Below, in pieces: positions 43,933 to 58,146 of a DNA stretch of 64,000 nt (position 1 is its first letter; every line of letters starts with the position of its first letter). The notes below the pieces were generated by a model that worked only from the letters and a program-made list of their open reading frames with translations, was not told the origin of the DNA and did not search any database. The DNA comes from Octopus vulgaris (lineage: Eukaryota), in NCBI GenBank assembly GCA_951406725.2, contig OX597819.1:43338001-43402000 (forward strand), written 5' to 3'. The position numbers were made by a program, and so were the translations under genes.

Positions 43933-44165
43933 TACATACATACATACATACATACATACATACATACATACATACATACATGCATACATGCATATATACA
44001 TATGTGTGTGTGTGTTTGTGTATACATACATATATATATGTATCAGCCGAAATTGCGAGGATGATCCGGTTCTTGACTGAAGATTGAAGGCTTCGAATGT
44101 CCCGTCCGTGTTTTTTGTATCGTCTCCTAAATGTTTTCCGTTCTTGTCCCAGTTTGTATTTTTAT

Positions 44166-44222
<57 letters not shown>

Positions 44223-44469
44223 TATATATATATATAGAGAGAGAGAGAAATAGAGAGAGAGTGAGTGGGAGAGTGAGATATGTACACAATGAGTTTTATT
44301 TAAGCTAGTGAAGTTAATATACATATATAAATACTAGTTTTGTCATTCGCCATATGACGAGTAATTTCGGAAAGTATACTTTCGCCACTACGCATAATGT
44401 TAGAAAATATGGCTTTCATACAATCATTATAATTTAACTTGTATCAAATTTCTTGGTGCTTATACAAAA

Positions 44470-44852
44470 CTAGCAGTATCGCCCGGCGTTGCTCAGGTTT
44501 GTAAGGGAAATAACTATAAAGCATTTTTAGAGAGTTATAGCCAAAAAATAGCAAAAAAATGGAAAAAAAAATGATGGTAAATTTTTTGAGAGTTAAAAAA
44601 GGTGGAGTTGCGTCCCCTAGACGGTCTGTGGTTTGGGTTTCTGATTCTCGACCCCATGTCGAATTTATCGATTTTTTTCAGAACTGGGGGAACTTTTCAA
44701 AATTTTCGCTGCGTTAGTTTTGAATTATGACATTGGGCTATGTGTGTGTCAAGTTTCATCAGAATCGGTTGAAAGCCGTGGTCAGAGTGAGGGTACGAGA
44801 AAACAGACACACAGAAAACGCACAGACAAACTGCCGTTTATATAGAGAGAGA
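44470..44852 (-). mobile_element. Non-autonomous Helitron
   Basis: A|TC...CTAG|T termini with subterminal hairpin CCTGAGCAACGCCGGG. A second, older CTAG-plus-hairpin end lies at 44334-44361. Confidence 0.8.
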
Positions 44853-44971
44853 TGATGAAATGAACTACAATTTTCAAAAGAAAACTATGTACTTCTTCGA
44901 AATAAATTTAAATAAAAGAAAATACTCATTTGTACGAATCCTTCTATAATTACTTTGTTATTTGTAATTTC

Positions 44972-45418
44972 GGATCTTTTAGGTTTGACCGGCAGTTTTT
45001 AACATAATTTCTAGGTAACTAAAAAATTTTAAACTTCGTAGACTGGTAGAATGTGTTTGTAAAACATCTTTTTCTCTTGGCTTTATTGAGAAAATTCTAT
45101 AGTTTTTAAGATATTTGTTGTTGTTTTTTCTTCAATTTCTGCAATTTCAACCAATCAATGACGTCCATTGAGGTAAAATACATTCTGTGTCGTATGAATA
45201 TGTCCCTCGTTTAAGAAACAGATTGGGTTTATTTACATTTGTGAAGAAAAAAAGATACCCTTCCTCCCACCCTAACCCTAACTAACCCTAACTAGTCCTA
45301 ACTAACCCTAACCCTAAAACAGATTGAAATGCAATAGATCGATACTAGGGTCATAATTATGGGTGACAATTTTATATGACACCGCTAGAAAAAACTGCCG
45401 TTTAAAGCGAAAAGATCC
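44972..45418. mobile_element. TTAGGG-containing MITE, copy 2
   Basis: Same TIRs; 8-bp flank gtaatttc/gtcatttc. Confidence 0.8.
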
Positions 45419-45708
45419 GTCATTTCTTGTTTCCTCTCGTCACCAAGCCTATTACGTACACTCTTTCAGTACCTCTTATTTTAACTTTCTCTGTATCTTC
45501 CTTTTAGTCTCTTTTTGCTGTTTATGCGACCTAAAGTGTGATCGGAGAAACCAACCAACCAACCAACCAACCAACCAACCAACCGAGTACTAACTGGTAG
45601 AGAGCAGTGAGCATATTATTCTACTAGAGGTAGAGTAATATGCTTTATCAAAAATATGCACGTATGTGCGTATGCATATACATATGTGTATGTATGTTTG
45701 TATGTATG

Positions 45709-45742
<34 letters not shown>

Positions 45743-45892
45743 TGTACGTGCGTATGTACGTACGTACGTATGTATGTATGTACGTATGTATGTATGTATG
45801 TATGTATGTATGTATGTATGTATGTATGTATGTATGTATGTATTTTATTTTATTTTATCTAGTTTCAGCACACGAGCTGTGGCCATGCTGGG

Positions 45893-46266
<374 letters not shown>

Positions 46267-46342
46267 TATATACTTATATATATGAATACATATATAAATG
46301 TGTTTGTATATGTGTGTATACTTTTACATATCTGACCTGAGC

Positions 46343-46387
<45 letters not shown>

Positions 46388-46389
<2 letters not shown>

Positions 46390-46540
46390 CATCGAAAAAT
46401 ACCTTAGGAATGAGAACCTAGGTTCGAAATTTCTCCAAGACACCTAATGAAGGCTAGAGGGTCTATCAGCCGAAACTTTGTGTTAACAACAAACTAGATG
46501 AGGACAAATATCCGTCAATTGTAAATAATGTAAATAATGT
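46388..46540 (+). mobile_element. PLE pseudo-LTR-like fragment with a degenerate hammerhead
   Basis: ACAC-CTAATGA-A-GGCT...AGCC-GAAACTTT-GTGT at 46440-46483; follows a (TAA)n tract. Confidence 0.5.
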
Positions 46541-46542
46541 AT

Positions 46543-47543
46543 TTAATATTTAGTAGATATGCTCTTTGCCTTTTAAAATGCAAGGGCCCTTTTAGGCATG
46601 TTCCTGATCAGATGGTGAATATTCTCTTGCGGAATTTCTTGCTAAGTTTCATACAATAATCTCAAAAGTTCTGGCTTTGAAGATGCTTTCTTGTTCTGTT
46701 TATGAAATGTCCTGTCCATTATGCCCCAGAGGTGTTCTATAGGGTTCATATCTGGTGAACGGCTTGGCTATGGAAGCTTTCTAATCCCATTCTTTTCCAA
46801 CAAATCTTGGGTCATTTTAACCGTGTGACAAGGAATCCCATCTTCCATAGAGAGTCTTCTTTAATCATTTCACCACTGGAGAAGTTTGGAAGGAGTCCTT
46901 TCTGCTATATGGACACATATTTGTTTGCGTTTATCTTTTCCTCACACTCCACCAACTCTGATCAACCATTGCTCCAAACTGTTCCCCAGACCATCACAGA
47001 ATAGCTGCTGTGTTTCACATCAAATTCTTGATCACAGAGTCTCCAGACCCACACTCGACCACTGTTAGGAAATACAGCAAATCTGGACTCATCAGAGAAT
47101 ATGACAGTGTCTGCAAATGCTAATGGCCTCTCCACCATCTCACTGGCCCAATCTTTTCTCCACTTCATATTGGCTGGTCAAAGATGTGGCTTCCTTCCTG
47201 CTCTACCATAGTAACCAAGTTTGTGGAGATACCTGACAGCTGTTCTGGGGCTGGGGCTGACATCAACTTGCTCTGCTATGTCAGAGAGTTTGCAACGAGG
47301 ATTATCCTCCACACTTCTCTTAGCAAAGAGAACGGTCCTGTCAGAGGGCCTTGGTTGATCTGGACAAGGTGATGTGGATTCCTTCCCTTCTCTGGTGAAT
47401 TGCCCAATCACTCTATTAACTGTAGAAAGCGGGATCCCAAGGTTTGCTGCGATTTTACGCTGACTATAGCCACCTTCAGAATGAACCACAATACGGCCTC
47501 TTTGAAATTCAGACAGTTCCAAGGCTTCTTTTGTACATGGCAT
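46543..47543 (-). pseudogene. Tc1-family DD34E transposase, decayed
   Basis: N-terminal HTH ([11 protein letters not shown]...[20 protein letters not shown]), VIFSDESRF, EDGIPCH...SPDMNPIEHLW with 34 residues between D and E, and a ...STKY* end. Has frameshifts and stops; TIRs not seen. Confidence 0.9.
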
Positions 47544-47669
47544 GATTAAACAGTCACATATAGAATCTGAACCCTTAAAATATCAATGAATAAGAAATAT
47601 AAACCTTTACAAGTTAGAATAAACAGAAAACGATGTTTTATTGGGTATCTATTTACTTCTATCATGAGT

Positions 47670-47710
<41 letters not shown>

Positions 47711-47778
47711 ATAAGGGTAAAAAATTGAATATTAATTTGATTTTGGATGTCCACTTAGAGGTCATTCATGTTATATGT

Positions 47779-47820
<42 letters not shown>

Positions 47821-47989
47821 CGCATGAGTGGCAGTGCGGTAAGTACCTTGCTTACCGGGTTTAGTCCTCCTGCTTGGCACCTTGAGCAAGTGTCTTCTAC
47901 TATAGCCTCGGGCCGCCCACAGCCTTCTGAGTGGATTTGGTGGACGGAAACTGAAAGAAGCCCTCATATCTTTTAAGAAAAAATGATGT

Positions 47990-48340
47990 TTCTCCCAGCC
48001 TTCACTATTTCCCCTTCGTTCTGACCTAACGATCCTCCATATTTGTCTTCATTCGGTTTCCTTGTGTCTCCAGTCATGTTTTTGTTCCCAACTTTGACCC
48101 TTCATAAATCCTAAATTTTATTTTGGAATTTATGGGAGCAACTATCTTTGAAGAGTCATATTATCATTGAATGCTCGAAATAAGGAGTATATAGGCAGCT
48201 GACAACTGATGAAGGGTCTTTTGACTGTATTTACTTGTCCTGTTTTCCATTTTTTCTCGTTGTTTACATATTTAACTCGCTTCTTTATGTATTTAATGTT
48301 ATTTGCACCGTCGGTGACGTCCTCTACCTATATATGTATG

Positions 48341-48382
<42 letters not shown>

Positions 48383-49060
48383 ATTATATGTTATTTATTT
48401 TAACTGAATGCAACGCATCCATTTCCAAGTAAGTTTATCTTCACCTCTTTGATGCGACTCTCTACTGTATACTGTTTTCTTCCTCCATCCTTCTCTAATT
48501 CCCCTTTTCTCCCCTTCCCTCATTCACCGTTTTCTGTCTGCTTCTCTTTCTATCCCCTCTTTTTCTTTTTTTTTTTTCTCTCTCTCTCTCTCTCTCTCGT
48601 TGCTTACACGTGGCCATCGTCCAGCCTTCTTTTCCTCACGTGGCCATTTTCTTTTCCCGCGCGGCCTTTTAAAAAGCGGACATGTTTTTTTTATCTCTCT
48701 CTCTCTTCTATCTTTTCTCTTTTCAAAAAGAAAAAAAAAATTATATCTCTTCCAGCGTTCACTATTTTCCTCTCGTTCTGGTCTAACGATCCTCCATGAT
48801 AGTTTTTGTTCGGTTTCCTTGTATGTCTCCATTCATGTTTTTCTTCCCAACTTTGACTCTCCATAAATCTTAAATTTTATTTTAGTATTTATAGGAGCAA
48901 CTGTCTTTTTGTGGTTGAATTCTCGAAATGAGAAGTAGATAGACAGCCGACAACTGATGAAGGGTCCTTTGTGTGTATTTACATGCCCTGCTTTCTATTT
49001 GTTTCTCGTTGTTTACGTATTTAATGTTATTTGCACCGTCGGTAACGTCCTGTACTCATA
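47990..49060 (+). repeat. Imperfect tandem duplication (~47990-48330 vs ~48750-49060), PLE-end-like
   Basis: Shared CCAGC.TTCACTATTT...CCCAACTTTGAC...GACAACTGATGAAGGGTC...ATTTGCACCGTCGGT.ACGTCCT. Confidence 0.7.
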
Positions 49061-49074
49061 TAAGCATGTATATG

Positions 49075-49166
<92 letters not shown>

Positions 49167-49401
49167 CGTGCGTGTGTATTTCTGTGTTTGTGTTCGTCCC
49201 CACCACCATCGCTTGGCAGCTGATGTTGGTGTGTTTACGTCCCCGTAAGTTAGCGTTTCGGCAAAAGAGACCGATGGAATAAGTACTTCGCTTTCAAAGA
49301 ATGAGTCCTGGAGTCGATTTGTTCGACTAAAGGCAGTTTTCCAGCATGACCGCAGCCAAATGACTGAAACAAATAAAAGAGTAAAAGAATAAAAGAATAT
49401 T

Positions 49402-49495
<94 letters not shown>

Positions 49496-49529
49496 TTTGA
49501 TACTTTGATATATATTGGCCCAGGCCATG

Positions 49530-49566
<37 letters not shown>

Positions 49567-49580
49567 TATACATATATATA

Positions 49581-49630
<50 letters not shown>

Positions 49631-49651
49631 TACATAGATATATGTATATAC

Positions 49652-49682
<31 letters not shown>

Positions 49683-49728
49683 TATATATATACATATATA
49701 TATATGTATATTCATATATATATATATG

Positions 49729-49888
<160 letters not shown>

Positions 49889-51200
49889 CAGAAAATAGCA
49901 GATGCTGGATAGAGTAATATAAGAAATTATGGATAATAAACCACAATGCAGAAGTAACTACTGTTTGATTAAAATAATCTCTTCTATTTATTTATTTATT
50001 TAATCATTCATTCTTTGAAAATGTGGTTTGTAAAATGTCCTTCCTTGAAAGAGGGCACTCAACTACAAACGGCTGAGAACTACTGTTTTAATGTGTCATT
50101 TTTTCCCCCCTCTGATCAAATAACAGAAACAATGGAATGTTCCTTTGTACGTCGCTCAACTATTTCGAATGGTACTGTTCTATTGTGATTCTTTGTAAAT
50201 TGTATTCATATTTTGAATAGTATTGTATTTCAATAATACGTATTAAATTGTTTTATCATAAATTGTAATAAATTTTATTAATTTCGAATTGCATTGTTCG
50301 CTCGTTAATTATGATTCGTATTATTCACTTATAAATTTTGGCTTGTATCGTCTCTATCTGAATTACATAAAAAGAAACGGGAGGTCACAGTTGGAACGCT
50401 TTCGTTCTTACCGATATGAAAAATCTCTGGATCCATGTAATAGACGGGATGGTCATGGCTGGAATAGTTGAAGAAAAACTTTGTAATTACATAAAAGAGA
50501 TGCGATTCCCGATTGGAAAGATCTCATTCATACTTATATCATCATTTTTCGTTTACATGTTTCGGGCTTTGGACTGCGGCCATGCCGGAGCACTGACTGA
50601 GGAATTTTAGAACAAATCTACCCAAGTATTTATTTTCCTTTTAAGTCTGGTACTTATTCTATCGGTCTCTTTTAACGAACCGCTAATTTACGGGGATATA
50701 CACAAATCCACACCGATTGTTCAACAGTATGTGTGTGTGTGTGTGTGACAAATACAGACAGACACGAGCGCGCTTGCATGCACGTATACACACTCTCTCT
50801 CTTTCTCACACACACACATACTCGCACGCACATATATGGTCTTCCACACAGTTTCCATCAGCAAAAATTCACTCCCAAGGCCTATAGAAAAATAAATTCT
50901 AAAACCTTATTGATCTGACTTTGAAGCTTGCATATTTATGGCGCATGCACAAAGAACAAAGTAATTGAGTCTCTTTTGTTTTCGTTTGCGAAATTTCTGA
51001 TTCGGATCACGAAATAAAGGATAACAATAAATGACAATGCAACACTAACTTTGTATTTAGTATTCTCGTTGACACAGCTGCATCTTAATACAACGTCTCA
51101 CTCACTGTTAAGTCAATGTCATCTAGCTGTCGTACTAACCGTGCTCCAATTTATACTGTATATCGTTAGTGTATCTGACTTTACAGGATGCTGTCTAAAT

Positions 51201-51441
51201 CAGTGGTTTTCAACCAGGGTTCCGCCAGCACAGTCCAGGGGTTCCGCGGAACCTTAGGGTTCCGCCAGTACAGTCTAGGGGTTCCGCAAGAAGTTACAAA
51301 ACTGCTAAAATCGGCAGTAATTTTTAATTCTCCTGTGCAGATATGTGTGCATAAGACTATTAAATTATTGCACAGGGGTTCCTCGAGCCAGTGGAATGTT
51401 TCCTTGGGATTCCGCTCCAGCAAAATGTTTGAAAAGCACTG
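51201..51441. mobile_element. hAT MITE, copy 2
   Basis: Near-identical to 35326-35544 plus a short internal repeat; perfect TSD GTCTAAAT. Confidence 0.9.
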
Positions 51442-51709
51442 GTCTAAATGATGAATTTTTGAAGTTTATTGGTTGTTATTTTTTACGTTGTAGCGAGAAA
51501 ATTTGATTGCTGGAATACAGTTTTCTTTCATTGTCCTGAAATATTCGTTATTGCGAATTTGCTGATAACGAGACTCCTGTACCGTTGTTTCAGCCTGCAT
51601 TACGACTGCAGATTGAAACAAATCTCGCATTTCACTATATCGATATTCGCTTTAACGGTGGTTCACATATGTGAGCTCTAAGTGTATGTGTGTGTCTGCA
51701 GCGCGGAAT

Positions 51710-51760
51710 TTTGTCAGTGAACGAGTCGCGGTCTCAAAGCGACGAAAATATTTTGGCAAA
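51710..51760 (+). ncRNA. Hammerhead-like motif with an atypical core
   Basis: TTTGTC-AGTGAACGA-GTCGC...GCGAC-GAAA-ATATTTT-GGCAAA: helices I and II are intact and helix III is palindromic, but the core is non-canonical. Confidence 0.4.
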
Positions 51761-51844
51761 TTAAATTTAAATGTTGAAGTGAATCTAACGGTTTTTGTGT
51801 GTTTCTTAAGTGACTTATAAACACCTTCCACGCTGCAATTCTGT

Positions 51845-51886
<42 letters not shown>

Positions 51887-52009
51887 CTAAATCCGAATGG
51901 GCCACCATCTTTCCTATTAGGGTTACTTCTCACAACACGCTTAATCGAAAGTTATTTATTATTTTTTCTGTTACTGCTATTGCTTATTTGTTTCTTTCGT
52001 TATATATAT

Positions 52010-52167
52010 CAGGAGTGGCTGTGTGGTAAGTAGCTTGCTTACCAACCACATGGTTCCGGGTTCATTCCCACTGCGTGGCACTTTGGGCAAGTGTCTTCCA
52101 CTATAGCTTCAGGCCGACTAAAGCCTTGTGAGTGGATTTGGTAGACAGAAACTGAAAGAAGCCCGTC

Positions 52168-52239
<72 letters not shown>

Positions 52240-52449
52240 ATATGTTTGTCTGTGTTTGTTCCTCCCCAACATCGATTGGCAACCGATGGTAGTGTGTTTA
52301 CGTCCCCGTAACTTATTAGTTCGGCAAAAGAGACCGATAGAATAAGTACTATGCTTCCAAAGAATAAGTCCTGGGGTCGATTTGCTCGACTATAGGCAGT
52401 GCTCCAGCATGGCCGCAGTCAAATGACTGATACGAGTAAAAGAATAAAA

Positions 52450-52450
<1 letters not shown>
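52010..52450 (+). mobile_element. SINE family 1, full length
   Basis: Head, internal (TA)n and tail. Confidence 0.85.
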
Positions 52451-52511
<61 letters not shown>

Positions 52512-52608
52512 CGGGAAGCTTTATGAAAATAGACTAAAGACGAAGGCAGGTGGAAAACAAACAAACAATTGTATTAGTATGGCGCTCAGGAAATATAAAT
52601 AAAACAAG

Positions 52609-52646
52609 TCTTTAACGTTTCGAGCCTACGCTCTTCAACAGAAAGA
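52609..52646 (-). ncRNA. Minimal hammerhead motif (family H2, CUGUUGA core)
   Basis: TCTTT-CTGTTGA-A-GAGC(GTAG)GCTC-GAAACGTT-AAAGA. Confidence 0.55.
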
Positions 52647-53023
52647 TACACAGAGAGAAAAAAAACACAGAAAGAAGGAGAGAAAAAAAATGCGTGCAGT
52701 AACTATATATATCTGTTCTCCTCATAACTTGCCCTTACTACCTTTCTGTCTTTCTGTCTAGAGATCTCATCTTTTCTTTTTATTGTACAGGTCTTATTCT
52801 TTTATGTTCCTGCTTACTGTTATGTCCGCTCACATAACCCCAGAAACGCATGTGCTTACTCTGCCAAACTGAGCAATATTATCGGAAGGTGTCTAAATTG
52901 TGATGACATTTGGTCGATAAGTAATGAAACATCGAGCATGTCTGCGTCCATTGTGCTTTTCCTGATTTTCTGTGTTCCTTCGTTGTCACTCTGTACCGAA
53001 TTACTAGTATATATATATATATA

Positions 53024-53252
53024 TATTTCTTTACTACCCACAAGGGGCTAAATATAGAGGGGACAAGCAAGAACAGACAAACGGATTAAGTCGATTACAT
53101 CGACCCCAGTGCGAAACTGGTACTTTATTTATCGACCCCGAAAGGATGAAAAGCAAAGTCTACCTCGGCGGAATTTGAACTCAGAACGTAACGTCAGACG
53201 AAATACCGCTAAGCATTTCGCCCGGGGCGCTAACGTTTCTACCAGCTCGCCT
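53024..53252 (-). mobile_element. SINE family 2, full length
   Basis: Reverse-complement match. Confidence 0.8.
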
Positions 53253-53757
53253 TATATATATATATATATATATATAAACAAATACATAAACACACGTAGA
53301 CATTCATGCACGCGCGCTCGCACGCACACGCACGCACACATAGCTCTTTACCTGCATGCGCACATCAATATATGCACCTATATACAATATTACAAAGATA
53401 GGTTGACATCGATATAAACACAGGTAGAATGTTAGCCAGACGAAAAAATAAACATGCAGACCGACTTATAAACGCGAAGACAAGTAGGCGAGCATAAACA
53501 AATAGACAGACAAATAAATATTATTAAAATAGACAAACACAGTTTCAGATGTGGCGGGTGACTTACTGATCGTATAAATGTCAACAAGCAATAAAAGAAA
53601 TAAAATCAATAAATATATTTGTCTTTATGGGTGTGCATGTCTGTTTATACTTTTTCCTGCTGTTGCATAGACACGTTTTTACTTCTTATTTGTTAGAATT
53701 TTCTTAGAAGCAAAGGAGTGGTTTCTAGTTGAGAAAAAAAAAAAAGGCAATAAAGAA

Positions 53758-54095
53758 GGATCTTTTCGGTTTGAACGGCAGTTTTTTCTAGCGGTGTCAT
53801 ATGAAATTGTCACCTATAATTATGACCCTAGTATCGATGTATTGCATTTCATTCTGTTTTAGGGTTAGGGGTGGGGGAAGGGTATCTTTTTTTCCTCACA
53901 AATGTAAATAAACCCAATCTGTTTCTTAAACGAGGGACATATTCATACGGCACAGAATGTTTTTTTTTACCTCAATAGACGTCATTGATTGGTTGAAATT
54001 GCAGAAATTGAAGAAAAAAACAACAAATATCTTACAAACTATAGAATTTTCTCAATAAAGCCAAGAGAAAAAAATGTTTTATAAACACATTCTAC
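53758..54095. mobile_element. TTAGGG-containing MITE, truncated copy
   Basis: Left TIR and body match 12552-12900. Confidence 0.75.
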
Positions 54096-54240
54096 AAAAG
54101 TCCCGAAAGTGAAAAATTGTATAAAACTATCAATTCGTGGGAGGTGATACAATGATTGGTTATGTTTCAAAATAAATTGAAAACTTCTTTCTTACAAGTC
54201 GACATTAAAAGCTATCATACATCCATTAAATATATATATA

Positions 54241-54497
54241 TCACTGGCACTCCGTCGGTTACGACGACGAGTGTTCCATTTGATCAGATCAACGGAACAG
54301 CTTGCTTGTGAAATTTAACGTGCGAGTGGCTGAGCACTCAACAGACACGTGTACCAGTAACGTAGTTCTCGGGGAGATTCGGCGTAACACAGAATGAGAC
54401 ATAGCTGACCCTTTGAATTACAGTTGCAGTTCATTTTTGCCGGCTGAGTGGATTGCAGCAACGTGAAATGAAATTTTTTGCTCAAGGATACAATGCG

Positions 54498-54499
<2 letters not shown>
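54241..54499 (-). mobile_element. SINE family 4, 3' portion
   Basis: Minus strand has a TCCTTGAGCAA...CCACTCAGC central domain. A related copy lies at ~40505-40720 on the plus strand. Confidence 0.55.
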
Positions 54500-54587
<88 letters not shown>

Positions 54588-55533
54588 TTTAAGTTCGTTT
54601 ACGGGAAACGTTTTAAATATGCATATAAGAGCTCCTATTCCATTATGCCAAGAACACGGATTATGATCTTAAGAAACATGTGATTTGTGGAAACGCGCAT
54701 AGCGATGCATTAAAATATTTATAAATTCCATCCAAGGATTATTATTATTATTACTTCACACCACACACGCACACATACACGCGATGGCCTTCTACACAGT
54801 TTCTGTCAACCAAATTCAATCGCAAGACAATGGTCGGTCCGGAGCTATGGTAGAAGACACTGGCCTAAGGTTCAGTGCAGTTGAACTGAACACGAACAAA
54901 CAACCAACCAACGGTCGTCACACATACCCGTATTTACACACAAACGCATTTATAAGTGTGTTGCTGCAGTTTATTGAATAGAAATAAAGTAAACATCTGT
55001 TTCTCGTATTTGCATGCCATGGCATATTCATGGGTTAAACAAGTATTGAGGCGATTAAATCGATACTAGTATCTTAACGCTTTTTATTTTATAGGTCTCG
55101 AATTGAAGAAAAATACAAAATAAATGAATATGTAATAAGCGGCCCTGATGAGATTTGAACTATATTTGAAAGCATTGTTAGTACTATCAGTGTGCGTATT
55201 GTAGTAAAGCCAATTATATTTAAAATTGTATCTAGTACGGTGGTTAATGAGTCGTAGTAGGATTTAAGTCAGGAAATAAAAGTTGATTGTGAGTAAATAC
55301 TTGTGATTTAGCTGGAGTTTTTTGTTGCCTTTCCTTATTAAAATATTGCGTAATGAAACCGGTTCATTGTTTTTGAATAACCCTGTATATATAAGACGAA
55401 TTTAATTTAAAGAATTAAGGTTTAGAAATTAGGCGTTAAGCGCGGTATCTAAAGCATGCTCCAAGGTAAGTACCAGGTAGTGTGTCTGCAGAGCACGTTT
55501 AGAAATTCCATGGTGCACGTAGGGTATATTTTA

Positions 55534-55750
55534 AAGGCGGCGAGCTGGCAGAAACGTTAGCACGCCGGGCGAAATGCGTAGCCGTATTTTGTCTGCCGTT
55601 ACGTTCTGAGTTCAAATTCCGTCGAGGTCGACTTTGCCTTTCGGGGTCGATAAATTAAGTACCAGTTACGCACTGGGGTCGATGTAATCGACTTAATCCG
55701 TTTGTTTGTCCCCTCTGTGTTTAGCCCCTTGTGGGTAGTAAAGAAATAGA
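55534..55750 (+). mobile_element. SINE family 2
   Basis: Full head and tail; an extra tail fragment at 56083-56166. Confidence 0.85.
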
Positions 55751-56166
55751 TATTGAATATCGTATTAACGCACTTTTAGAGCTGCACAGAAAAATCTGTA
55801 AACGTTTACAATTCTACTCTCGCTCGTGTTTTCTTTTTTGCTCTTAGTTTTGGGTGTCTCTTATGTTCAGCAAATAACATAAGTTACTTTAGAGATCGGT
55901 CTACCGCAGTATCAGTAGTCAAGGATAAGGGTTAGGGTTTAGGTTTAAGATTTAGGGTTAGGGTTAGACTGCAGGCTAAAGTGTAAATGGCCAAATAGAC
56001 CACCCACTAAAGTGGTACAAAAATGCGCGAGTAGGAAAACATGAATTCATATATTAAGTATCACTATAAAAGAAACAGAAATAGGGGTCGATGTAATCGA
56101 CTTAATCCGTTTGTCTGTCCTTGTTTGTCCCCTCTGTGTTTAGCCCCTTGTGGGTAGTAAAGAAAT

Positions 56167-56746
56167 ATATATTTTAAAGATTGATAGAGAAGACGGAGTG
56201 TAATAAAAAACATTTACTAGCACAAATGTTTCGGCTTCAAGTTGCACTGCTCCCTAATGGGCGTGGAACGATGCATTAATACCAGATTCAACGCACAGTG
56301 CAAAAGAGCCTCTTCAGGTAGGCATAATATGCTTATGAGTTCACAGATTTACATTTGGATTTCGCTTCAAGGTAAATGGTGGTATTGAGAGATTCTATCA
56401 GTTCGGATGTATGTGTTCTAGTGAGGAGGATTTGGTTAGGAGGAAAATACAAGACTTGTACTTTTATTATTGTGTTTTCTTCCTAACCAAATCCTCCTCA
56501 CTAGAACACATACATCCGAACTGACAGAATCTCTCAATACCACCATTTACCTTGAAGCGAAATCCAAATGTAAATCTGTGAACTCATGGGCATATTATGC
56601 TACCTGAAGAGGCTCTTTTGTACTGTGTGTTGCATCTGGTGTTCCACGCCCATTAGGGAGCGGTGCAGGATGCAGCCGAAACAATTGTTGTGCTAATAAA
56701 TTATTTTTGTTACACTCCGTTATCTGTGTTAATCTTTAATATATAT
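56167..56746. repeat. Long inverted repeat (~285-bp arms, 17-nt loop), inverted PLE pseudo-LTR-like
   Basis: Arm 56167-56452 pairs with 56470-56746. Each arm carries CTGAAGA-GGCT...AGCC-GAAAC; the right arm also has AATAAA. Confidence 0.9.
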
Positions 56747-56996
56747 ATTGAGGTTATAAGATGTAATGGTGACATTGAGACCCAAAGATGTCAGGTAATG
56801 CTGAATAAGTGCTAGATACTGTTGGATTTTACTCATAAAGTATTGGAATCTTACATATACACCATTTTGCCTTAAAAAAAAAAGGATCTACAAATTCAGT
56901 ATCCCTTCATATCTCACATCTATTGTCTTTCCTCCACCTCACTCTCTATTTTGTATCCTATCTAAATTAACGATTACTTAACCATCCTCTCGCACC

Positions 56997-57048
56997 GTCT
57001 CCGATGAAGGGAGATAATCAATAAATATCCTGGAAACAGCTGTAAAAC
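56997..57048 (+). ncRNA. Degenerate hammerhead motif (CCGATGA core, ACAGCTGT helix III)
   Basis: GTCT-CCGATGA-A-GGGA...TCCT-G-GAAACAGCTGTA-AAAC. Confidence 0.45.
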
Positions 57049-57692
57049 CGTCTATCTATAAATGTTCTAATATCTACACAGCCTTGGTTTTTTTATCTCA
57101 TTACGCAAAAAATATATGTGTGTGTGTATACACGACGGGCTTCATTCAGTTTCCGTCTACCAAGTTCACTCACAAGGCTTTGGTCGTCCCTAGGAAATAG
57201 TAGAGAACACTAGCTGATGGTGCCACGCAGTGGGACTGAAACTGGAACCGTGTGTAGCTGGAAAGCAAGCTTCTGACCACACAACCAAGATTGCACCTAT
57301 ATTTTATTTTATATATATATATCTATATTTTTTAAATGCACTTTGAATGTATTCTTAATTGCATTTATTAAACGAAGATAAATTTTGAAACACACTGAAC
57401 AACGTTAGCGTTCCGCTCAACGCACGTCCTTACGAATAAACACTTCAAAGTAAATGTATACAGTGATCCCTCACTACTTCACGGTTCAAATATCGCGGAT
57501 TCACGACTTCGCGGATTTTTAATATACATATATATATATTTTTTTTCTCTAGTTTCAGCTCAGAGCTGCGGCCATGCTGATGCACCGCCGTTTAAAGATA
57601 CGTGAAAGGCAGAGTCGACCCCGGCGGAGTCTGAACTCAGAACGTTAAGCGCCAGATTAAATTCTGTTTTGTCCGATGTGCTAACGATTCTG

Positions 57693-57859
<167 letters not shown>

Positions 57860-58146
57860 TAGATATCTTTCGACCAAAGATTGGTCCAGGCCATGTCTAT
57901 ATGAACACCTAAAATTTTTCATTAAATCCAAAGAAGAAGAAACGCAGCAAGAAACAGAAGTTGCCGACCAAACTGGCTTGACTTTGGAACGGCTGGCCAA
58001 GCTCTGCAACCTGGCTAAAGAATTGAAAGAGGGGTCTTAGGAATGGGAAGATGTTATGGTTCGTTCTGTGCAATTTTGCAACAAGGTCGACGAAGTCATG
58101 AATTCCTACAAGATGCTCCTTGAACGGAAAAAGAAGCAGCGGCAGC

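Noticed and set aside
48200-48975. CTGATGAAGGG cores as hammerheads
   Set aside because: No downstream GAAA closing helix II in either copy.
52895-52945. GTGATGA...GAAACAT-CGAGC-ATGTC hammerhead-like motif
   Set aside because: C3 is absent and there is no helix I pairing.
55928-55967. TTAGGG tract as a telomere or chromosome fusion site
   Set aside because: Short, degenerate and in one orientation; similar tracts here are internal to transposons.
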